DNA of 64,000 nt from Octopus sinensis (lineage: Eukaryota). Below are positions 35,929-49,538 of the stretch, piece after piece; position 1 is the first letter of the stretch, and the number at the start of each line of letters is the position of its first letter. The notes under the pieces are model-generated. The model did not search any database and was not told the origin of the DNA. It was given only the letters and a program-made list of their open reading frames with translations. Where the stretch lies: contig NC_043005.1 in assembly GCF_006345805.1 (NCBI RefSeq), positions 13,888,001-13,952,000 of the forward strand, read 5' to 3'. The position numbers and the translations under genes are program-made.

Positions 35929-36150
35929 TACGGGGGTAGGCAAAAGTATGGATGCAGTTCCTTAATATGAGTGGAATGTTCTCGTGTCTCAAGCATTCAC
36001 TTAAAGTCCCCAGAAATCAAAACAGAGTTTTCAATGAACGAGAGATCACCCGCAGATCCCTTAATCGATTTATGAATCTCTCGGGTTTTAAAATATGAAA
36101 TAGAGAAATGAAGAGAACATTCCGCTCATATTAAGCAGCTGTGCACCTGA
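35929..36150. mobile_element. Degenerate Tc1-like MITE
   Basis: Inverted CTTAATATGAGTGGAATGTTCTC / GAGAACATTCCGCTCATATTAAG. Confidence 0.55.
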
Positions 36151-37256
36151 CGATAGTGAATAAGGTAGACATGATCAGACTAAAATGAGGCAGACTGCAA
36201 CCATCGGGTAGAATGTACTGAAATTCACTGATTCTGTATACGATTACATTAATGGAGTGTTTGCAGAATACTCGGCCACATACGCATTAATTCAGGAGCG
36301 GATAATTCAGTTAATTAAACAACTGAATCTTCGAATAATGGCGATCCAGCATTTTGTTATAATAGTGTGAAATATTTTCGAACAATAACATAAACATATA
36401 GATGGAAATGTTTCCTTTGGTGCTAATTCTGTTAGTTTTAGTTAATAATTGATCAGCTATTTCTTTCGATTAATGTACAAAGTGGAACGTGTCGGATGCA
36501 CTTAAGAAGTAACTGTAATGGTAATCTATTAAGAAGTTAGTAATATACACTTGATCCGTTTTATTTTTAATTTCCTTTGGTCATTTGGTAGATCTTCGAT
36601 TTAAATGCACCATGAATAAATATATACTTTTATAATTTGTAAAGCAATGTCTAAAAGAAAAGAATACTCACCATAGCTTCCTGAGAAAGAGCACACAGGG
36701 AACAGCAAAGATGTAGAAATATATCACCGATCAATGAACCCTGAAATGGTTAAAAAGAAAACAAATCAGTTGCCGTTTAGTTGTTTTGAAACAAATATAT
36801 AAACTAGCATACATGGATGAAATACATACAATTAAAAGCTTACAGCTATGTGATATATACGTGAGCTTGTGACAATAGAAATAGTATAGATTAAACCACA
36901 AGAGAATAATCTTTACTTGTGTAATCACTTCGTATTCTCTGCGATACAACTCAGTCTTTGTTTCGTGTTTGCTTTTGGTTTCGTTTCGTTATTGCCGTCG
37001 TTTTTGTTTTTAATATAACCTATTCAAAATAACTAAGCAAATAGCAGTAGTTACAAAATCTTGCAGTAAACAATGATGCTTCGAAATCACAGGCTAAGCT
37101 GTATGGTTTGAGAGGTTCACTCGCTTCCGGGCGCCATCCCTACGCGTAGCTTTGGGCAAGTTTCTTCTATCACAGCATAGAGTAGACCAATTCCTTCTTG
37201 AGAAAATTCGGTATAAAGAAATTGTATCGTGTTTACACACGCACACACACACATAC

Positions 37257-37327
<71 letters not shown>

Positions 37328-37659
37328 TGCCTATATTATATTATATTGTATTATATTATATTATATTATATACATATATATGTAGGGATGAGAGTATGTG
37401 TGTTGGTGTTTATAATAGTGTAATGCGAGAAACTGGTGCCTTTGAACAGAAACACCTTTCCATATTAATGTCCTACTGAGTTATCTTCCCTTACAACATT
37501 GTCAACTTTGTATTGCATATGTTACAAAGTATTGGGATCAATGTAAAACAACTTGAAGGCGTACTCCAGTAAGGCCACAGTCAAATGAAAACCAGTTATA
37601 GAAACATATAAAATATGGCTATTTCAAAACAGAAAGAGAGAGCGAGAGAGAGCAGGAGG

Positions 37660-37742
<83 letters not shown>

Positions 37743-38759
37743 CAATGTTACACATTTAACTATACTACACACTCGCTTTTACCGACAATTGTATACTTTC
37801 ACACTCATCTTCTCACCCATTCTTTCATTCACCTTCTCTCTCTCTCCCTCTTTCGCCTTCTATCTTCCTCTCTGTCTCATTCTCTCTCTCTCTCAATTTC
37901 TTTTCTGTTTCACTGTCTATCATTTTCTCACGTGCGCTCTCACTTCTCCTCTTCTCCATTCTTTTTAGTCTTTTTTCATCTCCCTCTTCTCTTTACTTTC
38001 GTAATTTTAGTTCTTTCTTTCCTAGTATCAAACGAACTTTTTCCATCATGCCTGCAATGTAAGCAGACGTCTTTAATTTGATATCGTCCAAATTTCTATC
38101 CTCCTTCAGTTAATTTTTTATTCCTCTTTGATAAAACGCATAACCCGAAACGATAGACTTGTCAATTGTTGTTTTCTTACATTTTCTACGCTTTCACGAG
38201 CATGTTTTTTTTTATTTATCTAAGCTTGAGCATTCAGTCATGCAACCAATTGGCTTTCTACTTATGAAATTAACTAACAAACGTTATCCTTAGAATATAT
38301 ACTTTTATCTACGATCCTAAATTATAGATATCTGTATAGACAAACAATTATTATACCATACTGTTATAATGGTAGTACACCATAAATGGTTAAATTTTAT
38401 ATATATTTCCTTATATACTCTGTACTCTAGTTAACATTAAGCACTTTAACTTTTGTTCAAATCATCATCAATACCATATCCACAACTCCTTGGAATATAT
38501 GTACACTATATTCGCAAAGTTGTTAACCAACGGGCAGTATATAGAAAAATACTTATATTACCACTCTCTCCACGGCCAAAATTAAAATGAGTACAATCTA
38601 CAATTGTAAAGTGTGTGTTATTTAACCTAAAATATAATAGCACCCAACAAAATATACTTACGAAACCTTCTAAATTAGAAATAGATCGGATGTTTTCTTT
38701 CCCCATGCCCTAGAAATCATATTATAATGACTAGCTCGCAATAAAACCCCAAATACCTA

Positions 38760-38990
38760 TTCTATTTCTTTACTACCCACAAGGGGCTAAACACAGAGGG
38801 GACAAACACGGACAGACAGACGGATTAAGTCGATTATATCGACCCCAGTGCGTAACTGGTACTTATTTAATCGACCCCGAAAGGATGAAAGGCAAAGTCG
38901 ACCTCGACGGAATTTGAACTTAGAATATAGCAACAGACGAAATACCGCTAAGCATTTCGCCCGGCGCGCTAACGCTTCAGCCAGTTCATC
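38760..38990 (-). mobile_element. SINE family C
   Basis: tRNA-like head, GAGGTCGACTTTGCCTTTCATCCTTTCGGGGTCGAT central domain, tail. Confidence 0.85.
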
Positions 38991-40321
38991 ATAAAAACTG
39001 TTCATTTGGGATTAATGTCTTAGACCTTTTTGAATCAGACGTATTTGAAAAGATAGCCAACGCTTAATTTTGTAATAAAACTAACACTTTTCAAAACTAA
39101 TTTAAATCTCTGAAAACACATTCATACTTCAGAAATGACTAAAACCTCTTAGAATTAGATATTGACTTTCACAAATCTCTGTTAATAAATAATATTACCC
39201 AAAATTACAAAAAGACCCATTCGCATTTACAGTATCATAAACATGAAGATAAAATAGAAACAAAACTGGAAGCAGACGATAAAATTGTAACACTAACCTG
39301 AAGAAAAGTGCTTATCATATTAAGAGATCATTATGAAAATTTTGCCTCTAGCTCCATAAATCCTGATAAATCAAACGTAGCAAAATCAAAGACAAACCTC
39401 CAGCAACGGAAACGTATTCACGCAGTATTTAACTAGTGTAATATTATCAGAGACAAGAATAGATACAGATTCATCTCCAATACACCCCAAAATTCTCTAG
39501 GAACTTCACATAATTGAAAAAGTAGAAACAGATATCATACTACACAGAAGGTCCTAAATTTTGATAATAAATATATTTAGATTTTTAACCATCAAACCCG
39601 AAGATCGTAGTTCACGTTAGCGAGGCGAGGGTGCACACACAGCGCAGAAGCATGCTACCTTATCGACTTTAGAGGAGCTCACAAAAAATTGCAAAAACTT
39701 TAACTTATGCAGAGACGGTCGTCTAGCAATTTCTAAAGACGTGAACAAATGTACACCAGAGAGATTCAGGAAAGACGTTTAATAACTCTAGACTAAAAGT
39801 AACTATCACGGCCAAATCTGTATTATTCTTAGACGCCCACCTAAACTTAAAAACTAATCTTTATAAACCTTATAGGGAGTCAAATGAAACGCTAACCATC
39901 ATGCACAAAGTCTGATGCTACTATCCAGTGATAAATAATACAAGCAGAAGACTGTCCGGGTAAAAAATTTAAAAATAGATCATACAACTCCAAAAGCTAA
40001 CGATTTCAAAGACAAAATCAAATACATAAAAATTATCTTTTTGCAACAAAACAAGAACAGAAGCTGGGGGTGCAAAATTGTATGGTTTATGTTCCGTTAA
40101 ATAGATTTGGGTCGTAAATAAAAAGTCGCGGTGCTGACAAGCAGCAATTATACAACTCCATAAGAACTATCAGTATACCATGAATAGTTTAATTGTATCA
40201 TAAATATATACATTATATACACTGATACCGAATGTTTTAATTTTTCTTCATATCTTTGAAACAATATACACGTTTGTGTTATGTATACATAGGCCTATTT
40301 ATAAATATATATATATATATA

Positions 40322-40683
40322 CTAGCAGTATCGCCCGGCGTTGCTCGGGTTTGTAAGGGAAATAACTATATAAGCATTTTTAGAGATGTAAAGTATAATA
40401 GCCATCTCAATATGGCTAACCATTGTTACTGTAGCTTTTTACGTTCTGAGATTTAATAATACATTTTTAGAGAGTTACTTCCCTTACATAATAAAAAAAA
40501 AATGGAAAAAATTTATGGTAAATTTTTTTTTAAATCGTAGACTCATCGTAGACGCGCGCTAATACCCAGAAGGGCTCGATATGAATCACGACTGTAAGAT
40601 ACCCGCTTTTGGTTACACTGCACCGCAAAATGTGGGAGTTGTTAGGAATCTAAATCGTAGGAGACAGACACCACACAACCTCA

Positions 40684-40700
<17 letters not shown>
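40322..40700 (-). mobile_element. Non-autonomous Helitron sharing its 3' end with 21872-22240
   Basis: Identical CTAGCAGTATCGCCCGGCGTTGCTCGGG terminus; different 5' half. Confidence 0.75.
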
Positions 40701-40727
<27 letters not shown>

Positions 40728-40939
40728 CATATATAGTGAGAGAGATGGGTGAGATAGTGGTGCCGATAAATACAATTAGGTTTCGCATATATATCTATAT
40801 AGAGAGAGATGCACATAGACGTATATATGCATATATTCATGGAAATGTATTTACATAGACCATAAAATATACAGAATACGAAGAAGAGAATACATAATTC
40901 TTAATGTGTGAGTGTGTGTGTGTGGGTGGGTGTTTTCTT

Positions 40940-41240
40940 TTATTCTTTTACTTGTTTCAGTCATTTGACTGCGGCCATGCTGAAGCATTGCCTTTAGTCG
41001 AACTAATCGACCCCAGGACTTATCCTTTGTAAGCCTAGTACTTATACTATCGGTGACTTTTGTCGAACCGCTAAGTTACGGGGACGTAAACGCACCAGCA
41101 TCGTTTGTCAAGCTATGGTGGAGGTACAAACACAGACACACAAATGCATACGTAAGTAGATACATATATATACGACGAGCTTCTTTCAGTTTCCGTCTAT
41201 CAAATCCACTCACAGGCTTTGGTCGACCCGAGGTTATAGA
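40940..41240 (-). mobile_element. SINE family B, partial
   Basis: Tail and core match 5200-5530. Confidence 0.8.
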
Positions 41241-41244
41241 AGAC

Positions 41245-41295
<51 letters not shown>

Positions 41296-41611
41296 TGTCT
41301 GTCTGTGTGTGTGTCTGTGTCTGTGTGTACGTGTGTGTAAATTTTTTCAATAAATTCGCCATTAGCTTCAACCATCGAAATCGCCTGCAACTCTTCTAGA
41401 CGGTTTCCTTATTTAAGTTGGTGAATGCTGCCATAATTCAAGGGAAGTCCAAAACACAGATACATATACACATGCACACTAAAAACACATGTAAGCACAT
41501 GGGGATACATATACTATGCACCGTTCCATATGCACACACGTTCAGTATGCATACACACACAGATACACATGGTTTCACACATATATACATATATATATGC
41601 ACACAAATACG

Positions 41612-41861
<250 letters not shown>

Positions 41862-42266
41862 ACACAAACTCAGCTCCATAGCTGGAATTTCTTTCTAGCT
41901 CTGTTTTTATAATCTTGCAAAACTTTCCTCGCTAATCTCCTGAAAATATCCTATTGAAACTATTTAAACAGAAAGGCTACTAAAATCTTTAATGGAGCTG
42001 TAATAACAGTAATACATAAAAGCAAAGTAGGACGCAGATGGACTCTTAGAGATCTATGTCACATGGCATTTTTCAAACATTTTGGAAAGAATCATAAGCA
42101 GAAAACTAAGCTCTTTAGGCCAACTGAAACATTTTAACATCTAAGAAGCTTCGAACCGGATGAAGCAGCCTTGTACGACTTGTACAAGATAAAAATTGTT
42201 TCACAAGTCCGACCAGAGAGTTTGTTTGCAATCTGAAAAAGTTCACCATAACAAGATCTCTAATTA

Positions 42267-43580
42267 CAATGGTCAACAGCCAATTTTCATCAGGGGTATT
42301 ATATGGTGTTTTTATGCAGTTCTGTCCGCAGATTTAAAAAATGTAATTGGTTTCCTTCTATCAGGCACAGTTTTTCTGGTGAGATAAGAGAGCTTATATA
42401 ACTCCCAACAGCAATATCGCAGCACGTCAACGTCTTATACAGGTAAATTCTGACTTCTGTTTTATTACTATTTGTATTCATTTTGTAATTTTATGTTTTC
42501 ATAATCTTTTCTTTTCATAAATTTTACTTTCTGTTTAAGGCGCCAAGTCGTCATCATCATCAAATTCTACTCAGGATGTCTAGGCATTGCAAGAACAGTC
42601 CTGATATATTTTGTCATGTCTGTGGTTCATTTACCACCAAAGCTCAGCAACGTGCCATCACAAATGAAATCAAGAAGATCTGCCAGTTATACTTTGGTTG
42701 CTCTCTCGGGGATCAAGATAAGAGTTGGGCCCCGCACATCATCTGCTCAGCTTGTTCAAATGGACTAAGGGATTGGCTAAATAAGAGGAAGAGAGCAATG
42801 CTGTTTGCAATACCTATGATATGGAGAGAGCCAAAGGATCATTTCATGGACTGTTATTTCTGCAACGTTAATGTACGTGGGTTTACTGTAAAGACCAAGC
42901 ATAAGATTGTGTATCCCAACTTGGAATCAGCAAGAATACTAGTACCACACAACGATGATGATCTTCCTCTTCCAATACCACCAGAAAATGGCCTTCAGAT
43001 ATCTGACGAAGATGTATTTCCTGAACAAGATACTAATGCTATGGAAAACACCGAAGTGGATGCAGATTTCACGATTGAAAATGAAGACGTACCACAGAAA
43101 TTTTCTCAAGGAGAGTTAAATGATTTAGTTAGAGACTTGTCATTGTCGAAGGATAAAGCTAAACTATTAGCATCTCGACTTCAAGAAAAGTGTATACTTA
43201 AGAAAGATGTTTCTATAACACATTTCAGGAAGAGAAATAGGGATCTGACTTCTTGCTTCTCTGTTGATGGACCACTTTGTTTCAGTAATAACACTGATGA
43301 GTTATTTCACTGTTTGTTCCAAGAGCATGTTCCAGCCGAATGGCGCTTATTCATTGATTCATCTAAGAGAAGCCTCAAGGCAGTACTACTACACAACGGC
43401 AATAAGAAACCATCCATTCCCATAGGACATTCAGTGCACATGAAGGAGTGTTATGAAAACATGCAATGCCATAAAGTGTACAAACTACAGCTGGAAAATA
43501 TGTGGAGAATTGAAGGTGATTGGAATTTTGAGGGGAATACAATCTGGGTTCACAAAATATTGTTGCTTTTTATGCCTAAC
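42267..43580 (+). mobile_element. DNA transposon, probably Chapaev3 (EnSpm group), with 340-aa transposase ORF 42576-43598, 3'-truncated
   Basis: CKNSPDIFCHVCG, GDQDKSWAPHIIC, PMIWREPKDH..DCYFC, ELNDLVRDL.LSK, WRLFIDSSKRSLKAVLLHNGN, then frameshifted GFTKYCCFLC. Family assignment from memory of motifs. Confidence 0.7.
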
Positions 43581-43629
43581 AAGCACTATATGCAATGAGA
43601 GTGGCCTTTGCGAAAATCATATGAGCCGA

Positions 43630-43728
43630 GAGTTTCTAGCGTCTGTCTGGAAGTCAAAGTCCCAGAGGATTTTCGCCTTCCACTTTTCGCCCATTACCTT
43701 TTCCGGTCTATGTTGGTACCAAGCACCC
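43630..43728 (-). mobile_element. Short R4/Dong-like RLE-LINE fragment abutting (TTA)n
   Basis: Reads WYQHRPEKVMGEKWKAKILWDFDFQTD, comparable to WYRHTPEKV..ATILWDMPIHTD at 229-1099. Confidence 0.7.
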
Positions 43729-43751
43729 TATTATTATTATCATTATTATTA

Positions 43752-43790
<39 letters not shown>

Positions 43791-45152
43791 ACATTCACTT
43801 GCACAGCAAAGTACTCTCTTCACCAGCTGTCAACAGGAGATCGCAACGATTTCTGCACAATACAAAGCAGAAGAAAAATATTCTATGATGAGACTTGTAA
43901 CAAAGACTGAACAACCAGGAAATATCCCACCCCGCTCTGAAATAAAATATTGTCCTCTGAGCTTTCCGTATACAATATACCAGTGACTCTCATTAATTTG
44001 CTATAACACGATTCATGCGAAATTTGTTTGCCTGAACGCCAGGAACACTGAAAAAGATTACCTATTAGATGTGGTGTCTTTCAGGAATGAGTAACATAAA
44101 GATGGATATGCACTGAAGGATCTTGATCAAAAATGCTCTACTGAGAATATATATTTGGTCAGGGAACAATAGAAGTAAATTGATCCTCCGTCGTTTTCTA
44201 CGATGGTCGTCCAGTTGTTCAGTCAATGAAAACTACTTCTTCAGAGTTAGTATTAGCGATTCACTATTTTATAAACAGTTATAAACTTGATGTGATCATT
44301 GGACAGACTCAGCGTGACAGTGACAAAGCTGTTCCGTTGAGTCGGTCCACCCAATGAGCTATCGACAATTTCTGCTACTCTGAACCTCCTTTAGAGGGTA
44401 CTAGCTTGAAGTATTGTGCAACCTCATAGTTACGAACTGCACGTCATCATTGTGTTCATGTGGAATAATTTCAGTATGCATGTATTGTATTACTCATAGC
44501 TATAAAATATACATAACATTTATCGCTAGACTTCTTTTTTCCTAATACTTCTATTATATTCCTTTAATCAACCTCAAATGACTTAAATATTACCCACCCC
44601 GTCTGTCTGCTGAGTGATTCATAAATGTCATCCAGTTTTAGATCACTGTTTTCTTTATGGCAACAAATATTTGCAATGACGTTGCAAAACTGCACTTTGC
44701 CATGGCAACAAGGACGACTAATTTATGCGGCGATCCCGCCAGCTCGCTGCCTTACGTTAACCATGTCATATTAACATGTCATATGTTGCACAAGTGAATT
44801 CGAACACCAAGTTTTCGGTAACGTAATAACCAGTTAATTTCTCATCGAAAGACCCGTGATCATTAACGAAATGCATGCTTAAAAATCATCAGAAATATGG
44901 ACAGCGATATTGATAAGAGACATTTCAGAGATAAATCGATAGGAACAAAAAAAAAAACAACTTTCGGCTAATGATACAACTCTTCGCAAATATCAACAGT
45001 CAGCTCAGTTAATCGCTATTGTTCTAATGGCAGTGACCTTCAAAGAACTAAAATGACTATAATTTAGTTGCCTTCGTTTACCTAAAGAGATCTCTAGAGA
45101 TAACTAAGTATGATTAGATGACATATTGAGAATATCATTCCAAGTAAAACTA

Positions 45153-45403
45153 TTGGGTTGGTGCATAATTATTGCGGCCTTTTTTCAACAAATTTTTGTT
45201 CAACAAAAACAATAATAATATTTAACAAAAATATATTTAAATGATGGTCTGGCCGTCTGCCAAGCAAATGGGAAGCAGTAATTGAAGTAAATAGTGAATA
45301 CGCCCCGGAATAATCATTTAAAGATGTTTTTGTTACATGTTGTTAGTGTTTTTGTTGAAAAAAATTTGTCGAAAAAAGCCGCAATCATTATGCACCAACC
45401 CAG
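45153..45403 (+). mobile_element. Internally deleted mariner / MITE
   Basis: TIRs TTGGGTTGGTGCATAAT(T/G)ATTGCGGC, TA flanks, and a remnant resembling a transposase C-terminus (KWEAVIEVNSEY). Confidence 0.8.
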
Positions 45404-45835
45404 TATTAAAGAAATGGTAAATTTAAATTGAACATTCTTTGGTAATGACGCTTTACGAGTTTCTTCTCCACCGAAGTCGACTTTGCCTTTCATCCTTTCG
45501 GGGTCGATGTCAATCTAATCGACTGCCCCACCCCTCCCCCCAAAAATTTCGGGCCTTGTGCCTAGAGAAGAAAAGAATCTATATTTCTGCAGTAGCCACA
45601 AGGCCTGAAATTTTGTAGAAGTTGGCTACTCGATTACATCGACCCCGATGTATGACTGGTACTTATTGAATTTCTTAATTTAACCAATTCCTTTTCGTTC
45701 AATAAAATTATTAGATTGTGATTTTCAAAATCAAAGTTTCGGTGGGTAACAGCCATTCCTCATCTGATATTACCACTTAATATGAAGCTCTTTGACGAGG
45801 TATGAAAAGAACCAAGTTAATGTTTATTGACACAA

Positions 45836-46050
45836 AGGCGGTGAGCCGGCTGAATCGTTAGCACGCCGGGCAAAATGTTCAGCGGGAATTTCATTCGTCT
45901 TTACGTTCTGAGTTCAAATTCCGCCGACGTCGACTTTGCCTTTCATCCTTTGGGGGTCGATTAAATAAGTACCAGTTAAACACTGGGGTTGATGTAATCA
46001 ACCTACCCGCTCCCCCGATATTGCTGGCCTTGTGCCAGCATTTAAAACCA
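45836..46050 (+). mobile_element. SINE family C, with further fragments at 45470-45670
   Basis: GGCGGTGAGCCGGCTGAATCGTTAGCACGCCGGG head plus central domain. Confidence 0.8.
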
Positions 46051-46319
46051 ATATTTCTAGACATAAGTATGGCTGTGTAATTAAGAAGCTCGCTTTACAA
46101 TCACGTGGTTTCAGATCTAGCTTTATTGCATGGTACCTTGAGCAAGGTGTTCTGCTAATGTCTTGGGTGGAGTATGCTGGAAGTACTATCGCTATAAAAG
46201 AGGGTTTTTCTCTTTTGATGTACATTGAGAGTGAGCACCATATTTGCGTCTAAACCTGCCTAGACGTACTTAGAAAAGCTATTTGTTCCAGATATCATTG
46301 TACAAACTTCAAACCATGG

Positions 46320-46356
<37 letters not shown>

Positions 46357-46622
46357 GAACGATTATATATATGTTGAGCCGTTGCTTCCTACACATTTTC
46401 TCTCTCCGTTTTTTTTTTTTCGGTCTCTCTCCATTTTTTCCCCTCTCAATCCTTTCTATCGAAGACTTTGCCATTCTTCCCGAGCGTTAAACTAATACAC
46501 CTGCTTGTTGTTGCCTCACCTGTCTTCATCTTTTGCTTTCTGCAAATTTGAGATATATATATATATAATAAAATATAAATTAGCGATAAAACCACTATTA
46601 TGCAACTCAAACAGCGATAGAC

Positions 46623-46673
<51 letters not shown>

Positions 46674-46757
46674 ATATATATATGGAAAGAAGTGTATTCC
46701 CACGCAGGAAGTATATTTCCAGGAAGCGCATATGTGTGTGTGTATATAGATAGCTAA

Positions 46758-46895
46758 ATAGATAAGCAGACAGACAGGCAGACAGACAGGCAGGCAGACA
46801 GACAGGCAGACAGACAGGCAGGCAGACAGGCAAGCAGATAGACAGGCAGGTAGACAGGCAGACAGACAGACAGACATACAGACATACAGATAGAC

Positions 46896-46974
<79 letters not shown>

Positions 46975-46975
46975 C
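46758..46975. repeat. Compound (GGCAGACA)/(GACA)/(GATA) microsatellite
   Basis: Direct reading. Confidence 0.9.
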
Positions 46976-47059
46976 ACACACACACGTACGTGTGTATGTA
47001 TGTATGTATGTATGTATGTATGCATGTATGTTTGTATGCATGCATGTATGAATTTTTGT

Positions 47060-48160
47060 TTGTGTTTGTCCCTGCACCATCTCTTGACAACCAGATCTGG
47101 TTTGTTTACGTCTCTTTAAGTTAACGGTTCGCGAAAAGAAACCGACCGAACAAGTAACAGACTAAAAAACCTAAGTATTGGGTTCGATATGTTTGACTAA
47201 AACGCTTCAAGGCGGTCTCCTCTGCATGACCGCAGTCTAACAACCGAAACTGCAGAAAGATTAAAAGATACTAATGGCATCGCTTTCCCAAATGCATTCG
47301 TGGAGTAATGAGAATACATAACCCATCATACCACTAATGGAAAGGATTTGTTAATTAAAAGTAGTTTGGGTGTGTGGTTCTGTGGTAAGAAGTTTACTTC
47401 CCGACCACAGGGTTCCGGGTTCATTCCCCTTGCCTGACATCTTAAGCAAGTGTCTTCTTCTATAGTCTCGAACCGACCAAAGTCTTATGAGTGGATTTAG
47501 TAGACGGAAACTAAAAAATGCATGTTATATATATAGTGTGTGTGTGTGTGTGTATGTGTGCCTGTGTGTGTGTTTGTGTTTGTGCCTCTGTGTGTCTGTG
47601 TCTGTGTTTTTCCTCTTCAGTCACTGCATGACAAACGATATTGGTGTGTTTGACAATTGACAACTTGCAAGTCACTTGACCCCTTGAAAAGCGTTGGAAT
47701 GTTGCAGTCATGCAGCATATTTAGGGTGAGAAATCCTGGCGGAGCCCATCCCTCTCCTGACTAAATTCCTTTCTACAGCTGAGCGGACTGGAGCAATGAA
47801 ATGTTTTGCTGAGGAATACAACGGATCGCCCGGTCGAAACCACAATCTTAAAGTCGTGAATCCAACACCTTAACCACTAAACGTCGCGCCTCCACTAGAG
47901 GTATTCATTTCTACAACTGGGGCAACATGAAGTGAAGTATTTCGCTCAAGAACACTATGCATCGCCCTGACAGGGATCGAAACCACCACGCGTCTTCGTG
48001 TGTTAGCGTCCCCGTAACTTAGCGGTTCGGCAAAAGAGACCGATAAAAATAAGTAACAGACTTTAAGACAAATAAGTACAGGAGTCGATTCGTTCGACTG
48101 AAATTCTTCAAGGCAGTGCCCCAACATGGCCGCAGTCTAATGACTGAAGCAAGTAAAAGA
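47060..48160. mobile_element. Cluster of SINE A and SINE B fragments
   Basis: B tail 47060-47240, B head 47385-47515, A fragments 47720-47990, B tail 47995-48160. Confidence 0.65.
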
Positions 48161-48367
48161 AAGCGTACAAGAAAACAGCACAGCCCTAATCGAAACCAAT
48201 TCTCGAAGTCAACGCAAGCTTTGTCCCTTCTGTCTTCTGTTCATGAGTTGTTTCTTGGCAATGTCAAGCATTCTTGCGAGAATCATCCTGCGATTAAGAG
48301 TAAACTATCACCTGACCGCAACATGGCACATATGTAAATATACCTATGTGTATATATACATATATAT

Positions 48368-49351
48368 CAGTTGAATAAAGTTAAAACATGGTCTGGTTTT
48401 CACGTTCTTTCTTATGGCTATTTTAACATTAGAAAAATATTTTGTAATATTCATGAAGTTCAGTTAGCACTTTCATACGTTCGTAGTAATCATCAAATTT
48501 CAAAATGTATTTAACTGACATTTGAGTTCTTGACAACTGTAGTACCTCTTGGAACTCTCCAACAAGCTACATTTTTGAAATACGGTTTTATTAAAATGTT
48601 CAAACCTCTTCTGAACGGAAATAACGATAATATAACAACCAGTTAATGATGTGGATTTTATAATATCTTTAACATATGAATATAAACAAATTACAAACCA
48701 TGACGTTTTAGCTGCATGTGGAATTGGTCAAAACCGTATTCCAAACATTCAGCTTGTTGGAGCGTTCTAAGAGGTACTGGGAAGCACTCCGTCGGTTACG
48801 ACGACGAGGGTTCCGGTTGATCCGAATCAACGGAACAGCCTGCTCGTGAAATTAACGTGTAAGTGGCTGAGCGCTCCACAGACACGTGTTACCCTTAACG
48901 TAGATCTCGGGGATATTCAGCGTGACACAGAGAGTGACAAGGTCGGCCCTTTGAAATACAAGGTACAGCAGAAACAGGAAGTAAGAGTGAGAGAAAGTTA
49001 TGGTGAAAGAGTACAGCAGGGATCACCACCATCCCCTGCTGGAGCCTCGTGGAGCTTTAGGTGTTTTCGCTCAATAAACACTCACAACGCCCGGTCTGGG
49101 AATCGAAACCGCGATCCTATGACCGCGAGTCCGCTGCCCTAACCACTGGGCCATTGCGCCTCCACTCTAAGAGGTACTACAGATGTTAAGAACTCAGCTA
49201 TCAGTTAAAAACATTTTGAAATCTGATGATTACTGTGAATGTATGAAAGCGCTAATTAAACTTTATGATCATTACAAAATATTTTTTTGGTGTTAAAATA
49301 CCATAATAAAAAACGTGAAAACCAAACCATATTTTAACTTTATTCAAGTAG
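48368..49351. mobile_element. MITE with ~230-bp diverged TIRs, interrupted by SINE D
   Basis: Ends CAGTTGAATAAAGTTAAAA / TTTTAACTTTATTCAAGTAG; TA flanks. Confidence 0.7.
48779..49165 (-). mobile_element. Full SINE family D (tail type 1) with 13-bp TSD
   Basis: TSD TCTAAGAGGTACT at 48766-48778 and 49166-49178. Confidence 0.92.
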
Positions 49352-49507
49352 TATATTATTCTATACACATTCACACAAATTCAGAACAAATACTCACACA
49401 TACACAGACATATATATATATATATATACATCCGTAAATATACGTGTATATATCTACATATACGTACATATGCACAAATAAGCATATACACACACACGTA
49501 CGCACGT

Positions 49508-49538
<31 letters not shown>

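Noticed and set aside
38125-38160. Possible hammerhead relic (CCCGAAACGATAGAC)
   Set aside because: The CTGANGA core is unrecognisable; too degenerate to support.
39000-40100. A-rich stretch resembling decayed retroelement coding sequence
   Set aside because: No motif could be read in any frame.
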